Part shown: piece after piece, positions 8,715 to 18,546 of the stretch | Numbering within the stretch: position 1 is the first letter of the stretch | How the letters are laid out: every line of letters starts with the position of its first letter | Origin: Nitrospinota bacterium | Lineage (GTDB): Bacteria; Nitrospinota; Nitrospinia; Nitrospinales; VA-1 | Length of the DNA stretch: 52,038 bases | Reading direction: 5' to 3' | NCBI GenBank assembly: GCA_038108555.1 | Contig: JAYNIA010000011.1 | Location: forward strand, 2,420-54,457 | The notes under the pieces: generated by a model | The model's input: only the letters and a program-made list of their open reading frames with translations | The model's database searches: none | What the model was told of the DNA's origin: nothing | Position numbers and translations under genes: made by a program

Positions 8715-9725
8715 ATGAAAAAATTTTTCAACCTTGCCCTTTTCCTTATTGGCCTTGCTCTTTTAGTCTGGGCAATAAGTCTGGTGGATATGGCAAAAAC
8801 CCTCGAACTTTTATTAAAGTTGAAGTTCGGGTTCCTGGCGATTCTTGTTATTTATTATTTAATTACCTGGCTGGATACCATGTCGTGGAAATTTAATTTT
8901 CCTCCTGACATTATTTCAGTGGTTACCAATCAAAGGTTATGGATCGTACGGACTATTGGAGATGCCTACAACACTATCACTCCTCTGGGAACATTAGGCG
9001 GTGAACCCTTAAAAGCCCATCTCTTAAAGGTGCACCACGACATCAGCTTGAAAGAAACCATTTCTTCATTAATCATTACCCGCACTACCTTTTTAGCTGC
9101 TTTGATTGTATTTTGTACTCCAGGAATATTTTTCATCCATTTTTCCCCCAATATTCCTGATAAATTTAAAATCATCAGCCTTATTGGAATGGTTACTTTT
9201 TCCATAATGATATTCCTTTTTTTTATTTTCCAGATCACCGGAACTCTTGGAAAAATCGCCAAATGGTTTGGCTCTCGAACCCGTAGCGAAGGTATGGATA
9301 AATTCCTGGGAAAACTCGTTCAGCTTGACGAGATGTTTTCAACCTTTTATCGAAGGTTTCCAGAAAGAATATTCGTTTCGATTTTGTATGCGTTTGTAGG
9401 ATGGATTTTGGGGCTGGGGGAAGTTTATTTAATTTTTTATTTCCTGGGTTATTCCCCCTCGTTCATAGATATCTGGATTATTGAAGCAATGGGGCAATTG
9501 GTGAAGGCAGGGAGCTTTTTTATTCCTTACAGTCTGGGTGCCCTTGAAGGGGGTCTTGTGCTGACTTTTTCTTCTTTAGGCTTCCCCCCCAGTTTGGGGT
9601 TGGCAACTTCTCTTATTGGTCGAATAAAACTTCTGGCCTGGGTCGGGCTGGGATTAATCTTTGGCTGGATTTTGGGATATAACAGTTCAAGTTCTGAGTC
9701 TGAGCCCCAAAAAACAATTGAATGA
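8715..9725 (+). CDS. Lysylphosphatidylglycerol synthase TM-region / flippase-like membrane protein
   Basis: Polytopic protein with NTITPLGTLGGEPLKA and IPYSLGALEGG, typical of the LPG_synthase_TM (UPF0104) family. Confidence 0.8.
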   Translation: MKKFFNLALFLIGLALLVWAISLVDMAKTLELLLKLKFGFLAILVIYYLITWLDTMSWKFNFPPDIISVVTNQRLWIVRTIGDAYNTITPLGTLGGEPLKAHLLKVHHDISLKETISSLIITRTTFLAALIVFCTPGIFFIHFSPNIPDKFKIISLIGMVTFSIMIFLFFIFQITGTLGKIAKWFGSRTRSEGMDKFLGKLVQLDEMFSTFYRRFPERIFVSILYAFVGWILGLGEVYLIFYFLGYSPSFIDIWIIEAMGQLVKAGSFFIPYSLGALEGGLVLTFSSLGFPPSLGLATSLIGRIKLLAWVGLGLIFGWILGYNSSSSESEPQKTIE

Positions 9726-9730
9726 GATTA

Positions 9731-10144
9731 TTAAAACGTATCCCTTGAAACACCCCGATCCCTACCGCGTCCCCCCGGAGTTCGCCCCAGGGATTGAGTG
9801 AAAACATCACTCTGCTGAACCAATCCGTCGTGTGCGGTACGGATAGTCCCTATCCTGTTTTCCTTAATCTCATTAGCCGCTTCATCAATGAGCTCTTCCT
9901 CTTTTTTCGCTGCATCGCTTTTCTGCTGAGTTTCGGCGGTATTCTCCGTTTTGGCAGTTGCTTCCTGTTTTTCTGATCCACTTTCAACAGGCAGATCTTC
10001 CTCTTCTGCTTCTTTCATGGAACCTTTAAAGTTTTTTATACTACGACCGAATGCTGATCCTATTTCCGGAAGCTTTCCTGCACCAAAAATGATCATTATA
10101 ATTATCAAAATAACCATCAATTCTGGAAAACCTATACCCATCAT
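9731..10144 (-). CDS. tatA: Twin-arginine translocase TatA/TatE subunit with long C-terminal tail
   Basis: [39 protein letters not shown] is the TatA TM helix, FG hinge and amphipathic helix. AGGAG RBS upstream. Confidence 0.92.
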   Translation of the reverse strand: MMGIGFPELMVILIIIMIIFGAGKLPEIGSAFGRSIKNFKGSMKEAEEEDLPVESGSEKQEATAKTENTAETQQKSDAAKKEEELIDEAANEIKENRIGTIRTAHDGLVQQSDVFTQSLGRTPGGRGRDRGVSRDTF

Positions 10145-10271
10145 AAGAATTTCTCCTATTTTTTATTTGAGCGATAAGTCTAGCAAAATAAGCACTGAAT
10201 TGACAGGGGTTTAAACAATCACATTTAAATATTCCTGCGAATGAAGCCAGAATTGCGAATTTAAGGTAAAT

Positions 10272-10300
10272 TTGACCCTGAATCTTATTCAGTTTATATT
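10272..10300 (+). promoter_or_regulatory. Putative sigma70 promoter with an inverted repeat in the spacer
   Basis: TTGACC-N17-TATATT; the spacer contains CTGAAT-ctt-ATTCAG (10278-10292). Confidence 0.55.
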
Positions 10301-10353
10301 GTTATCTTATAAACGCTTTGTAAACAATGAGCTTTTGAGGGTGAAAGGTAAGA

Positions 10354-10848
10354 ATGACCGAAGGTACATCGATTGATATAGAAAAACTGGTAGCCGATAA
10401 AATGGAAAAAGGGGTGGTCGATTGCACCCTTTGTCTTGAAAACCGTCAAATAGGCGATGAAGGCATTTTAAAACTATCCAATCTCGAAGTTTTAGCCGAA
10501 GTTACTTGTTTGGAATTGGGCGAAAACAATATCAGCGATGAAGGTCTGCATACATTATGCAATTCACCTTATATTGGAAACTTAAAAACCCTGAATTTGA
10601 AATCAAATAATATCACCGAAATTGGAGCGAAGTCGATTGCAGAATCTCCAAATTTGGCAAAACTGGAACACTTGATTCTTAAATTCAATCGAATTGGTGA
10701 AATGGGTGCCAGCCATCTGGCACAATCAAATACTTTAACTAACTTGACCACTTTGGATCTATTTCGAAACCGAATTGGAGATGAAGGGGCTAAAATAATC
10801 AAGAAGTCCAGTAACTTCCGGGGAGTCAGCCGGATGCGGCTGGATTAA
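10354..10848 (+). CDS. Leucine-rich-repeat protein (28-aa repeats)
   Basis: Four to five units of LxxLxLxxNxIGxxGAxxLAxS at 28-aa spacing. Confidence 0.88.
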   Translation: MTEGTSIDIEKLVADKMEKGVVDCTLCLENRQIGDEGILKLSNLEVLAEVTCLELGENNISDEGLHTLCNSPYIGNLKTLNLKSNNITEIGAKSIAESPNLAKLEHLILKFNRIGEMGASHLAQSNTLTNLTTLDLFRNRIGDEGAKIIKKSSNFRGVSRMRLD

Positions 10849-10853
10849 TAATT

Positions 10854-11282
10854 ATGGATCTTTCAAGAGCATTTCCGCGCAGTCCCAAACAAAAAATGGC
10901 CGGCTTGGTGCATCTGGGTCGAATGATTGATAAAGGCCGTGCCTATAAGGAAAAGAAGCTTGCAGATTATATATACCCCTGCCCTCTGGATAAAATTATC
11001 CTAAACTTTCTGCGTGTTGAAGCGGATACATTCGCAACGATGGCGACAGAAAAAAATGACGATGAAATTAGTAACTGGGCCCAGGAATTACTCGATTCCA
11101 AACAACCTAAGGAATTGGATTTTATAAATGAGCAAATCCTGGAAAGAAAACCAGACTCTGAAGACCGTCTAAAATATTTTAATGAAATAAAAAATAAAAT
11201 CGACCCATCAAGGTCGGACGTTACAACCTGGGTAGATCTCCTGGACCTGGAAGAAGGCCGCCTACCCCCCAGATCATCTTAA
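10854..11282 (+). CDS. DUF5069-like protein
   Basis: PRSP...GLVHLGRMIDK.R, YIYPCPLD and TWVDLLDLEEGR resemble the DUF5069 family as recalled. Starts 5 nt after the LRR gene. Confidence 0.7.
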   Translation: MDLSRAFPRSPKQKMAGLVHLGRMIDKGRAYKEKKLADYIYPCPLDKIILNFLRVEADTFATMATEKNDDEISNWAQELLDSKQPKELDFINEQILERKPDSEDRLKYFNEIKNKIDPSRSDVTTWVDLLDLEEGRLPPRSS

Positions 11283-11331
11283 ATCCAAACCAACAAGTTG
11301 ACTTCCCTTCCATAAGGTAAAACTTCTGTAA

Positions 11332-13734
11332 ATGCAAGACTCGCCTAAAAAGAAGAAGCCCGGAAAAACCCGGAAAAAGAAAACCAAAGAAACTTCAAAA
11401 TTTAAAAAGGTTTTAGTCGCGACCAGCTTAACTCTGTTTCTCCTTTGTGTCACAGCAGGATTTGTTGGTGCCGGGTTTATCTATTTCCATTTTTCCAAAG
11501 ACCTTCCCGATGTCCGCAAAATTAAAGATCATCAACCCAGTACCATCACCCAGGTATATTCAGCCAGCGATGAAAAAATTGCAGAATTCTATATTGAAAA
11601 GAGGATCATAACGGCGCTGGAAGATATCCCCCTTGCTTTAAAACAAGCCACGTTGGCGGTAGAGGATTCAAACTTTTATTATCATTTTGGAATTGACCCG
11701 AAAGCCATCTTCCGGGCTTTCATTACTAACCTGAAAGCCGGGCATGTTGTCGAAGGGGGAAGCACTATCACCCAGCAGTTGACAAAAACAATGTTCTTGT
11801 CACGCGAAAGAACTCTTCCGAGAAAAATAAAGGAAGCCATTTTAGCGGTACGTTTGGAGCTGGTTTTTACCAAAGATGAAATTTTGGAGATGTATCTCAA
11901 CCAAATTTATTACGGCCACGGAACATATGGTGTAGAAGCTGCAGCTCGAACCTATTTCGGAAAAAGTGTAAAAGACCTGACCATAGCCGAATGTGCCATG
12001 ATTGCCAGCCTCCCCAAAGCTCCCAATAATTATTCTCCCTACAGGAACCCTGAACGCGCCCGCAAAAGAAGGAACCACGTAATTCGTCGAATGGCAGATG
12101 TTTCATTCATAACCCATGATCAGGCAAAACTATCAATGAATGAAGATTTTCATCTTGGGCAGGTGGAAAAGATGTTGAACAAAGCGCCCTACTTCATCGA
12201 ACACGTGCGCCGAATATTGGAAGAGAAGTTCGGCAGCAGCAAACTGTATCGGGCAGGTTTAAAGGTTTATACCACACTTGATATGGACAAGCAGGAAATG
12301 GCACAACGGGCAGTCAAAAAGAATTTGCTCATTGCAGATAAACGTTATGGCTATAGAGGGTCCTTGGGTACGGTTGATATCTCAAGAGGAGAAATAGCTG
12401 TCCAAAACGCTATGCTAAAGCAAAATGATTTTTCCGAAGGGCAAGGGATAACCATTGGAGATACTATTTTTGGAACAGTCATGTCGGTGGGGGAATCTCA
12501 AGTCTGGGTAATTCTGGGTGAAGAAGATGGGTATATCGACATAAAAGATATGGATTGGGCGCGCAAACCAAACCCCAATTTGGATGGACGATGGGCAAAA
12601 ATTAAAAGACCCAACGAAGCTCTTTCAGTTGGCGATCTAATATTAGTAAAAGTTTTGGGAAGGAAACCAGACGGTTCTGGCTGGTCGCTTGCTTTGGAAC
12701 AGGAGCCGGAGGTCGAAGGTGCCCTCATAAGCCTGGCCCCCTATACGGGACAAATCAAAGCCATGGTGGGAGGCTACGATTTTAGCAAAAGCCAATTCAA
12801 TCGCGCTGTACAAGCCATTCGTCAACCTGGTTCTGCATTTAAACCAATTATTTATGCCGCCGCTATCAACGAAGGATATGGCCCAGCGAGTATCATTATT
12901 GACTCCCCTATTATATTCAAAGAAAAAGAAGATGCTTTCGACAAATGGAAACCGGTTAATTTTGAAGAAAAATTTTATGGCCCAACTTCTTTAAGAGAAG
13001 CATTGGCCCACTCCAGGAATGTTGTGACGGTAAAGTTAATGCAAAACATCGGGATAAAAAGTACCATCCGGCTTGCTCGAAGTCTGGGAATTACTTCAAA
13101 CCTGGAAGAAAATTTATCGATCGCTTTGGGTTCTTCAGGAATGACTCTTTATGAATTGACCTCGGCTTATTCAGCATTTGCAAATCTAGGAAATCTCGTA
13201 AAACCCACAGCAATTAGAAATATAAAAAATCGTAGTGGCGAAGTCTTGTTCACCGCCGTCCCTGAAACTACCCATCCTATTTCCCCGGGAACCGCACATG
13301 TAATAACCAGCCTGATGCAAAGTGTCATCAAAAACGGAACAGCTACCAAGGTTAAAGCATTAAAAAGGCCCGTAGCAGGAAAAACCGGAACAACCAATAA
13401 TTATGTCGATGCCTGGTTTATGGGCTATTCCCCGGAACTGGTAACTGGGGTTTGGGTTGGCAAAGACAAAGACGAACCCCTTGGAAGAAATGAAACCGGC
13501 TCAAGAGCCGCTATCCCAATCTGGCTACAATTTATGCAGGAAGCTCTGGCGAACGAACCTATCATCAATTTCCCGGTCCCTGAAGATATACAGTTTCTCA
13601 AAGTCCGAACAGAGTCAGGCGAACCCGCAAAATTTGGAGATACCGATTCTAACTTTGAACTTTTCTTGCAAGATTTTTTACCGGAAAAAGAACAGCCCTT
13701 TATAAGGCAGGAACAGGAAGAAGAGGTTTTTTAA
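11332..13734 (+). CDS. mrcA: Penicillin-binding protein 1A (transglycosylase/transpeptidase with OB-like insert)
   Basis: Basic N-tail and TM anchor; GT motifs EDSNFYYHFGID, GGSTITQQL, RKIKE; TP motifs SAFK, SRN, KTGT. Confidence 0.95.
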   Translation: MQDSPKKKKPGKTRKKKTKETSKFKKVLVATSLTLFLLCVTAGFVGAGFIYFHFSKDLPDVRKIKDHQPSTITQVYSASDEKIAEFYIEKRIITALEDIPLALKQATLAVEDSNFYYHFGIDPKAIFRAFITNLKAGHVVEGGSTITQQLTKTMFLSRERTLPRKIKEAILAVRLELVFTKDEILEMYLNQIYYGHGTYGVEAAARTYFGKSVKDLTIAECAMIASLPKAPNNYSPYRNPERARKRRNHVIRRMADVSFITHDQAKLSMNEDFHLGQVEKMLNKAPYFIEHVRRILEEKFGSSKLYRAGLKVYTTLDMDKQEMAQRAVKKNLLIADKRYGYRGSLGTVDISRGEIAVQNAMLKQNDFSEGQGITIGDTIFGTVMSVGESQVWVILGEEDGYIDIKDMDWARKPNPNLDGRWAKIKRPNEALSVGDLILVKVLGRKPDGSGWSLALEQEPEVEGALISLAPYTGQIKAMVGGYDFSKSQFNRAVQAIRQPGSAFKPIIYAAAINEGYGPASIIIDSPIIFKEKEDAFDKWKPVNFEEKFYGPTSLREALAHSRNVVTVKLMQNIGIKSTIRLARSLGITSNLEENLSIALGSSGMTLYELTSAYSAFANLGNLVKPTAIRNIKNRSGEVLFTAVPETTHPISPGTAHVITSLMQSVIKNGTATKVKALKRPVAGKTGTTNNYVDAWFMGYSPELVTGVWVGKDKDEPLGRNETGSRAAIPIWLQFMQEALANEPIINFPVPEDIQFLKVRTESGEPAKFGDTDSNFELFLQDFLPEKEQPFIRQEQEEEVF

Positions 13735-13746
13735 TTAATTCCGATT

Positions 13747-15807
13747 CTAATTTTCTTCAGCAATTTTTTTACCCCGTACTGTCAGGGCAAATATAATTTT
13801 TTCTGAATCACCTGATTCCATCAAGTTGGTTTTTCCGGTAACTCCCGGATAGTTTTTTACCTTGACGAGGCTTTCTCTAAGCTTCAACCGATTAAGAGCT
13901 CCAGAAGTAATGCTTTTAAACATGATTCCTGCAGCGTCGTACGCTTGTGCGGATAAATGCGATGGAAATTCACCAAAATTATTTTGAAACTGTTCGACAA
14001 ACTTTCTCACCTTCATTTTATGGGAGTCTGAAAAGAATCCATCGACAAAATAAATTGATTTTAGAAACTTTCCTCCCATCTTAATCAATTCCGGGGAGTT
14101 CCACCCATTCGCCCCCAACAAAGCAATCTTCTCAATATTATAAAATACCAATTGGGGAATTATCAGGCCCACCTTATCGTAAACGCCGGGAATGAACATG
14201 GCGTCATAACCCAGCTCAAGGGAAACCTTAAGGTTTTCAATTTTATCCTCGGAATAATGTTCCATGTCTACTTTTGGCCGGGATAATAAAGAGGAATCAC
14301 TAAAATCTTTTTGTTCCTGATTATCCAATAACTGTTTCCTGGTTATTCGCTCCAGATCATCATCGGCAATTCCACCCAACTCCAGAATTTGATTTTTGAA
14401 GTCCGTTTGGGTTCGGTCATAACTTGAAATCCCTACTACTTCCGCCCCAAAACCTTCAACCGCTTTTAAAAATTCATCCTTAAGCTCTTCACCAAAAGGT
14501 TCCATAGGGTAAAGGATCACAAATCGTCGCAAATTTAGATTGTTCACCGAATAATCTGCCAAAAAGCGAGCTTGAATTTTACGCGTTAATGCATTCCTAA
14601 AGACATAAGGATTGGTATCAACAAGACCGGCCGAAGAAGCCGTTGGGGAAAATATCGATAGTTTAAATTTTTCAGCCACCCCCCCCACTTGTTTAATTTC
14701 ATCACTTAATAGTGGACCCAGAACACCCACGGTTTTTGGGTTTCTTCCTAAACCACTAACCACATTTTTAACCCCAATGGAATCTGATGAATTTTTAACA
14801 TTTAAAAATATTTTTTTCCGGGCTGACTCTGGAAGAAGGCTGTAGGCTAATTGGATTCCTTGCAGAACCTTTTGTCCAGTTGCGGCAAGCTTACCTGTCA
14901 AAGGCAAAACCACCCCGACTTCAACCTTCGAATCATCCCCGGCTTGCAATGTTTCCAGGTCCTTTTTAAAATCTTCCGATTTTTCATGGCCAGGGAATAC
15001 CAACAGAAATTTATTGAGAGCCGATTTATATCCGGCAACATCCCCTTTTTCTCTGTACAGAGACAATTGTTTCAATAAAAGAAGGTCTGCAGGAAATCCA
15101 TTTTGATATTTTTGAGTCAATGAGGTTAGCACTCGTTCTCCAAGCCTGCTGTTTATCAATTCTTCAGCCACCCTGAAAGCCTGTTGACTCATTGCCTTAT
15201 CATCTGCCTGCATATAAACTTCCTTTAGTTTTTCGATGGAATTCTCAAAACTTGCTCTCATTTCATCCAATCGAGAAAGAAAATACCGAGCCTCCCATTT
15301 TTTCTTTTTGTCCGGCGATCTTTTAACAACCCTCTTAAATAAATCCTCTGCCGCTTCCAGGTTGCCCGTTTCAAAATAACAAATAGCCATATTAAAATTG
15401 ATATCGTTTACCAGCAAAGTTCCGGGATAAGTCTTCAATAACAACTTATAAAACCTCAAGGCTGTAGAAAAAGATTTTGCATTTTGGTCAATTTTCCCCA
15501 GACGAAATAATGCTTTGGGTCCCCTCTCCCCTCTCACATTTTCTTGCAAATATAGATGGTAAAAAGGCTTCGCAGCCATAAACTCACCGGAATGAAACAA
15601 ATGCTCCGCCTGCATAAATGGATCGGCGTAACTTTCCAATTCACCTGAGTCATAGTTTTCCTGAATGGTCGTTCCTGGTTTTTCAATTTGAGCGATGGAA
15701 TTTAAGGGGAATCCCAATACCAAAATTAAAAACAAAAAAATGGTTCGAACATTTTTGGTCTTTTCAAAAGAGGAAGGAAATTTCAATTCCAAGGGGAAAG
15801 GCATCAT
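13747..15807 (-). CDS. LpoA/LppC-like penicillin-binding-protein activator (TPR plus periplasmic-binding fold)
   Basis: N-terminal hydrophobic segment, TPR helices, then VGVVLPLTG...G, VLGPLLS, LLGANGWN and AQAYDA of the type-1 periplasmic-binding fold. Confidence 0.75.
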   Translation of the reverse strand: MMPFPLELKFPSSFEKTKNVRTIFLFLILVLGFPLNSIAQIEKPGTTIQENYDSGELESYADPFMQAEHLFHSGEFMAAKPFYHLYLQENVRGERGPKALFRLGKIDQNAKSFSTALRFYKLLLKTYPGTLLVNDINFNMAICYFETGNLEAAEDLFKRVVKRSPDKKKKWEARYFLSRLDEMRASFENSIEKLKEVYMQADDKAMSQQAFRVAEELINSRLGERVLTSLTQKYQNGFPADLLLLKQLSLYREKGDVAGYKSALNKFLLVFPGHEKSEDFKKDLETLQAGDDSKVEVGVVLPLTGKLAATGQKVLQGIQLAYSLLPESARKKIFLNVKNSSDSIGVKNVVSGLGRNPKTVGVLGPLLSDEIKQVGGVAEKFKLSIFSPTASSAGLVDTNPYVFRNALTRKIQARFLADYSVNNLNLRRFVILYPMEPFGEELKDEFLKAVEGFGAEVVGISSYDRTQTDFKNQILELGGIADDDLERITRKQLLDNQEQKDFSDSSLLSRPKVDMEHYSEDKIENLKVSLELGYDAMFIPGVYDKVGLIIPQLVFYNIEKIALLGANGWNSPELIKMGGKFLKSIYFVDGFFSDSHKMKVRKFVEQFQNNFGEFPSHLSAQAYDAAGIMFKSITSGALNRLKLRESLVKVKNYPGVTGKTNLMESGDSEKIIFALTVRGKKIAEEN

Positions 15808-17195
15808 TCGTTATCTTTGGGTTTATCTTGCAGTTTATGTTTTTGAATACGATACCGCATAGACCTGAAACTCAGGTTCAATTGTTTTGCGGCTTTATTT
15901 ATTATTCCATCAGATTGCATGAGGGCATTGGACAACATCGTTTTCTCTATTTGATTCAGGGTTCTTTCCAAATCAATGTTTTCTTCATCCAGATTGGGGA
16001 CAGAGATTTGTCCCGAAGGCATTATGCCAAAAATTTCCTCAGGAAGGCTTGATTTTTGAATATACTCACCCGTTTCCAAAACAACAGCCCTTTCAATTGC
16101 ATTCTCCAATTCTCTGACGTTTCCGGGCCAGGAATAGTTATCAAAAAATCGCATCGCCTCAGGCTCCACTCCCTTTATAAATGCCTTTCTGTGCTTTGAG
16201 TTGTATTTATTTATGAAAAACTCCACAAGGTCCGGTATATCTTCCTTACGTTCCCTCAAGGGTGGTAAATGGATGGGAATAACATTCAATCGATAATAGA
16301 GATCCTGCCTGAACATTTTATCTTCTACCAATTTGCTTAAATTTCGATTGGATGCGGCAATTATCCGCAGATCGACTGGAATTGTATCCGTCCCCCCCAA
16401 CCTTAATATTTCATTTTCCTGAAGCACCCGCAAAAGTTTTACTTGAATGGCAAGAGGCGCTTCGCCAATTTCATCGAGAAAAAAAGTACCTTTGTTAGCG
16501 GATTCCATTAGCCCCAGTTTTAAGGAGTCTGCACTGGTAAAAGAACCCTTTTCATGACCGAACAGTTCACTTTCAAGTAGGTTTTCTGGTAACGCACCAC
16601 AATTTACAGAAACAAAAGGATAATTTTTTCGATTGCCATTGAAGTGAATGGCCTTGGCAATGACCTCTTTTCCCGTTCCGCTTTCACCATGAATTAAAAC
16701 CGTAGCATTGCTCCGGGAAACTTTTTCAATCAACTCAAATATCTTTTGCAGCGCCGGGGATTTCCCTACAATATTCTTTAATTGGAAACGATCATTAAGT
16801 GCTGTTTTTAAAAATCGGTTTTCCTCAGAAAGTTTCCGTTTTTCTATCGCATTTTTTACGATGAGTTGAACGTCTTCAATTTTGAAAGGTTTCGAAATAT
16901 AGTCGTACGCCCCTTTTTTCATAGCATCCACGGCAGTTTCAGCGCTTGCGTATGCGGTCATCATTACCACGGGGGTATCAGGAAGGGTTTTTTGAGCAAA
17001 ATCCAAAACGTTGATCCCATTTGATTTGCCCATTCGAATATCTGTAAGGATCAAGTCAAAAATATTTTCTTTTAAAAGCTTTACAGTACTTTCTTCATTG
17101 TGCGCCGTAAAAACTTTATGGCCACTTTCCTCCAGCATAATAGCGAGGAAATCTCTGAGGCTTTTTTCATCATCAACTACAAGAATGGAGCTCAT
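15804..17195 (-). CDS. Sigma54-dependent response regulator (PilR/NtrC family)
   Basis: Receiver (VVDDE, TDIRM, KPF), AAA+ (GESGTGKE, LESELFGHEKGSFTSA, FLDEIGE, WPGNVRELEN) and HTH ending LSFRSMRYR, which is PilR-like. Confidence 0.92.
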   Translation of the reverse strand: MSSILVVDDEKSLRDFLAIMLEESGHKVFTAHNEESTVKLLKENIFDLILTDIRMGKSNGINVLDFAQKTLPDTPVVMMTAYASAETAVDAMKKGAYDYISKPFKIEDVQLIVKNAIEKRKLSEENRFLKTALNDRFQLKNIVGKSPALQKIFELIEKVSRSNATVLIHGESGTGKEVIAKAIHFNGNRKNYPFVSVNCGALPENLLESELFGHEKGSFTSADSLKLGLMESANKGTFFLDEIGEAPLAIQVKLLRVLQENEILRLGGTDTIPVDLRIIAASNRNLSKLVEDKMFRQDLYYRLNVIPIHLPPLRERKEDIPDLVEFFINKYNSKHRKAFIKGVEPEAMRFFDNYSWPGNVRELENAIERAVVLETGEYIQKSSLPEEIFGIMPSGQISVPNLDEENIDLERTLNQIEKTMLSNALMQSDGIINKAAKQLNLSFRSMRYRIQKHKLQDKPKDNE

Positions 17196-17291
17196 CCTAT
17201 AATTTTATCTTCACCCTTCCCTATAAAGCAATATAGGGATGAAATTTTTATGGGGATTAAAACAACAAGGAAGTACCTGCCGGGTTAAGGA

Positions 17292-18497
17292 TTAACGCCC
17301 AAAGGTTTCCGCGTATAGTTTGAGTCTCAGGGCATTCAATTTGATAAAGCCATCCGCATCATCCTGGCTGTACCCATGGCTTTCTTCAAAGCTGGCTATA
17401 TTTTGGTTATACAATGATTTTTCAGCTTTCCGCCCCATCACGGTGCAATTTCCCTTATACAATTTTAGTCGAACCTCCCCAGTAACATGGGCCTGGGATT
17501 GATCCACCGTATTTTGGATAAGCTCCCTTTCCGGTGAGAACCAGAATCCGTTGTATATCATACGCGCATAAGCAGGAATCAGTGAATCCCGCAGAAATGT
17601 AACCTCGCGGTCGAGCGTAACCGATTCGATGGCCCTATGGGCCTGGTGCAATATTGTGCCCCCGGGAGTTTCATAAATGCCACGGGACTTCATTCCAACA
17701 AATCGATTTTCAACAATATCAATTCGGCCAATGCCATTTTCTCCACCATATTGATTGAGTTTTTCCAACAGTTTTGCCGGGCTAAGTTTTTCCCCATTCA
17801 CAGCAACGGGGTTACCTGCTTCATAAGTAATCTCAACAATAGTTGGCTTGTCTGGAGCTTTTTCTGGAGAAACCGAGAGCAAAAACATGTCATCTTCTGG
17901 TCCTTCCCAGGGGTCCTCCAAAACTCCACCTTCATAACTGATATGGAACATATTGCGATCCATACTATACGGTTTGGATTTTGTCACAGGAACGGGAATG
18001 CCATGCGCCTTGGCATAATCAAACAAAGCCGTCCTGGAATTCAAATCCCATTCCCTCCAGGGGGCTACAATTTTGATTTCAGGATTTAGGGTGTGATAGG
18101 CCAATTCAAAACGAACCTGATCGTTTCCCTTTCCGGTCGCACCATGGGAAACGCCATCCGCACCTTCTTTTTTAGCAATGCGAATCTGTTCCTTTGCGAT
18201 TAACGGTCGCGCAATAGAAGTACCCAAAAGATAGTTATGTTCGTAAAATGCATTGGCCCGCAACATGGGAAACACAAAATCGGAAACAAATTCCTCACGC
18301 AGGTCTTCGATATAGACCTTGCTGGCTCCCGTCGCCAGAGCTTTTTCCCGGACAGGGTCTAACTCCTGCCCCTGGCCAACATCGGCTGCAAAAGCGATGA
18401 TCTCGGAATCATACTTCTCCTTTAACCATTTAATAATGACAGAGGTATCCAGTCCTCCGGAATAAGCCAAAACAATTTTATTGATCTTGTTTCCCAT
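17292..18497 (-). CDS. argG: Argininosuccinate synthase
   Basis: [41 protein letters not shown]. Confidence 0.98.
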   Translation of the reverse strand: MGNKINKIVLAYSGGLDTSVIIKWLKEKYDSEIIAFAADVGQGQELDPVREKALATGASKVYIEDLREEFVSDFVFPMLRANAFYEHNYLLGTSIARPLIAKEQIRIAKKEGADGVSHGATGKGNDQVRFELAYHTLNPEIKIVAPWREWDLNSRTALFDYAKAHGIPVPVTKSKPYSMDRNMFHISYEGGVLEDPWEGPEDDMFLLSVSPEKAPDKPTIVEITYEAGNPVAVNGEKLSPAKLLEKLNQYGGENGIGRIDIVENRFVGMKSRGIYETPGGTILHQAHRAIESVTLDREVTFLRDSLIPAYARMIYNGFWFSPERELIQNTVDQSQAHVTGEVRLKLYKGNCTVMGRKAEKSLYNQNIASFEESHGYSQDDADGFIKLNALRLKLYAETFGR

Positions 18498-18546
18498 AAT
18501 GTTCTTCTAAAGTTAATGGTTCTTTAATAAAGATTGATTATAATTT

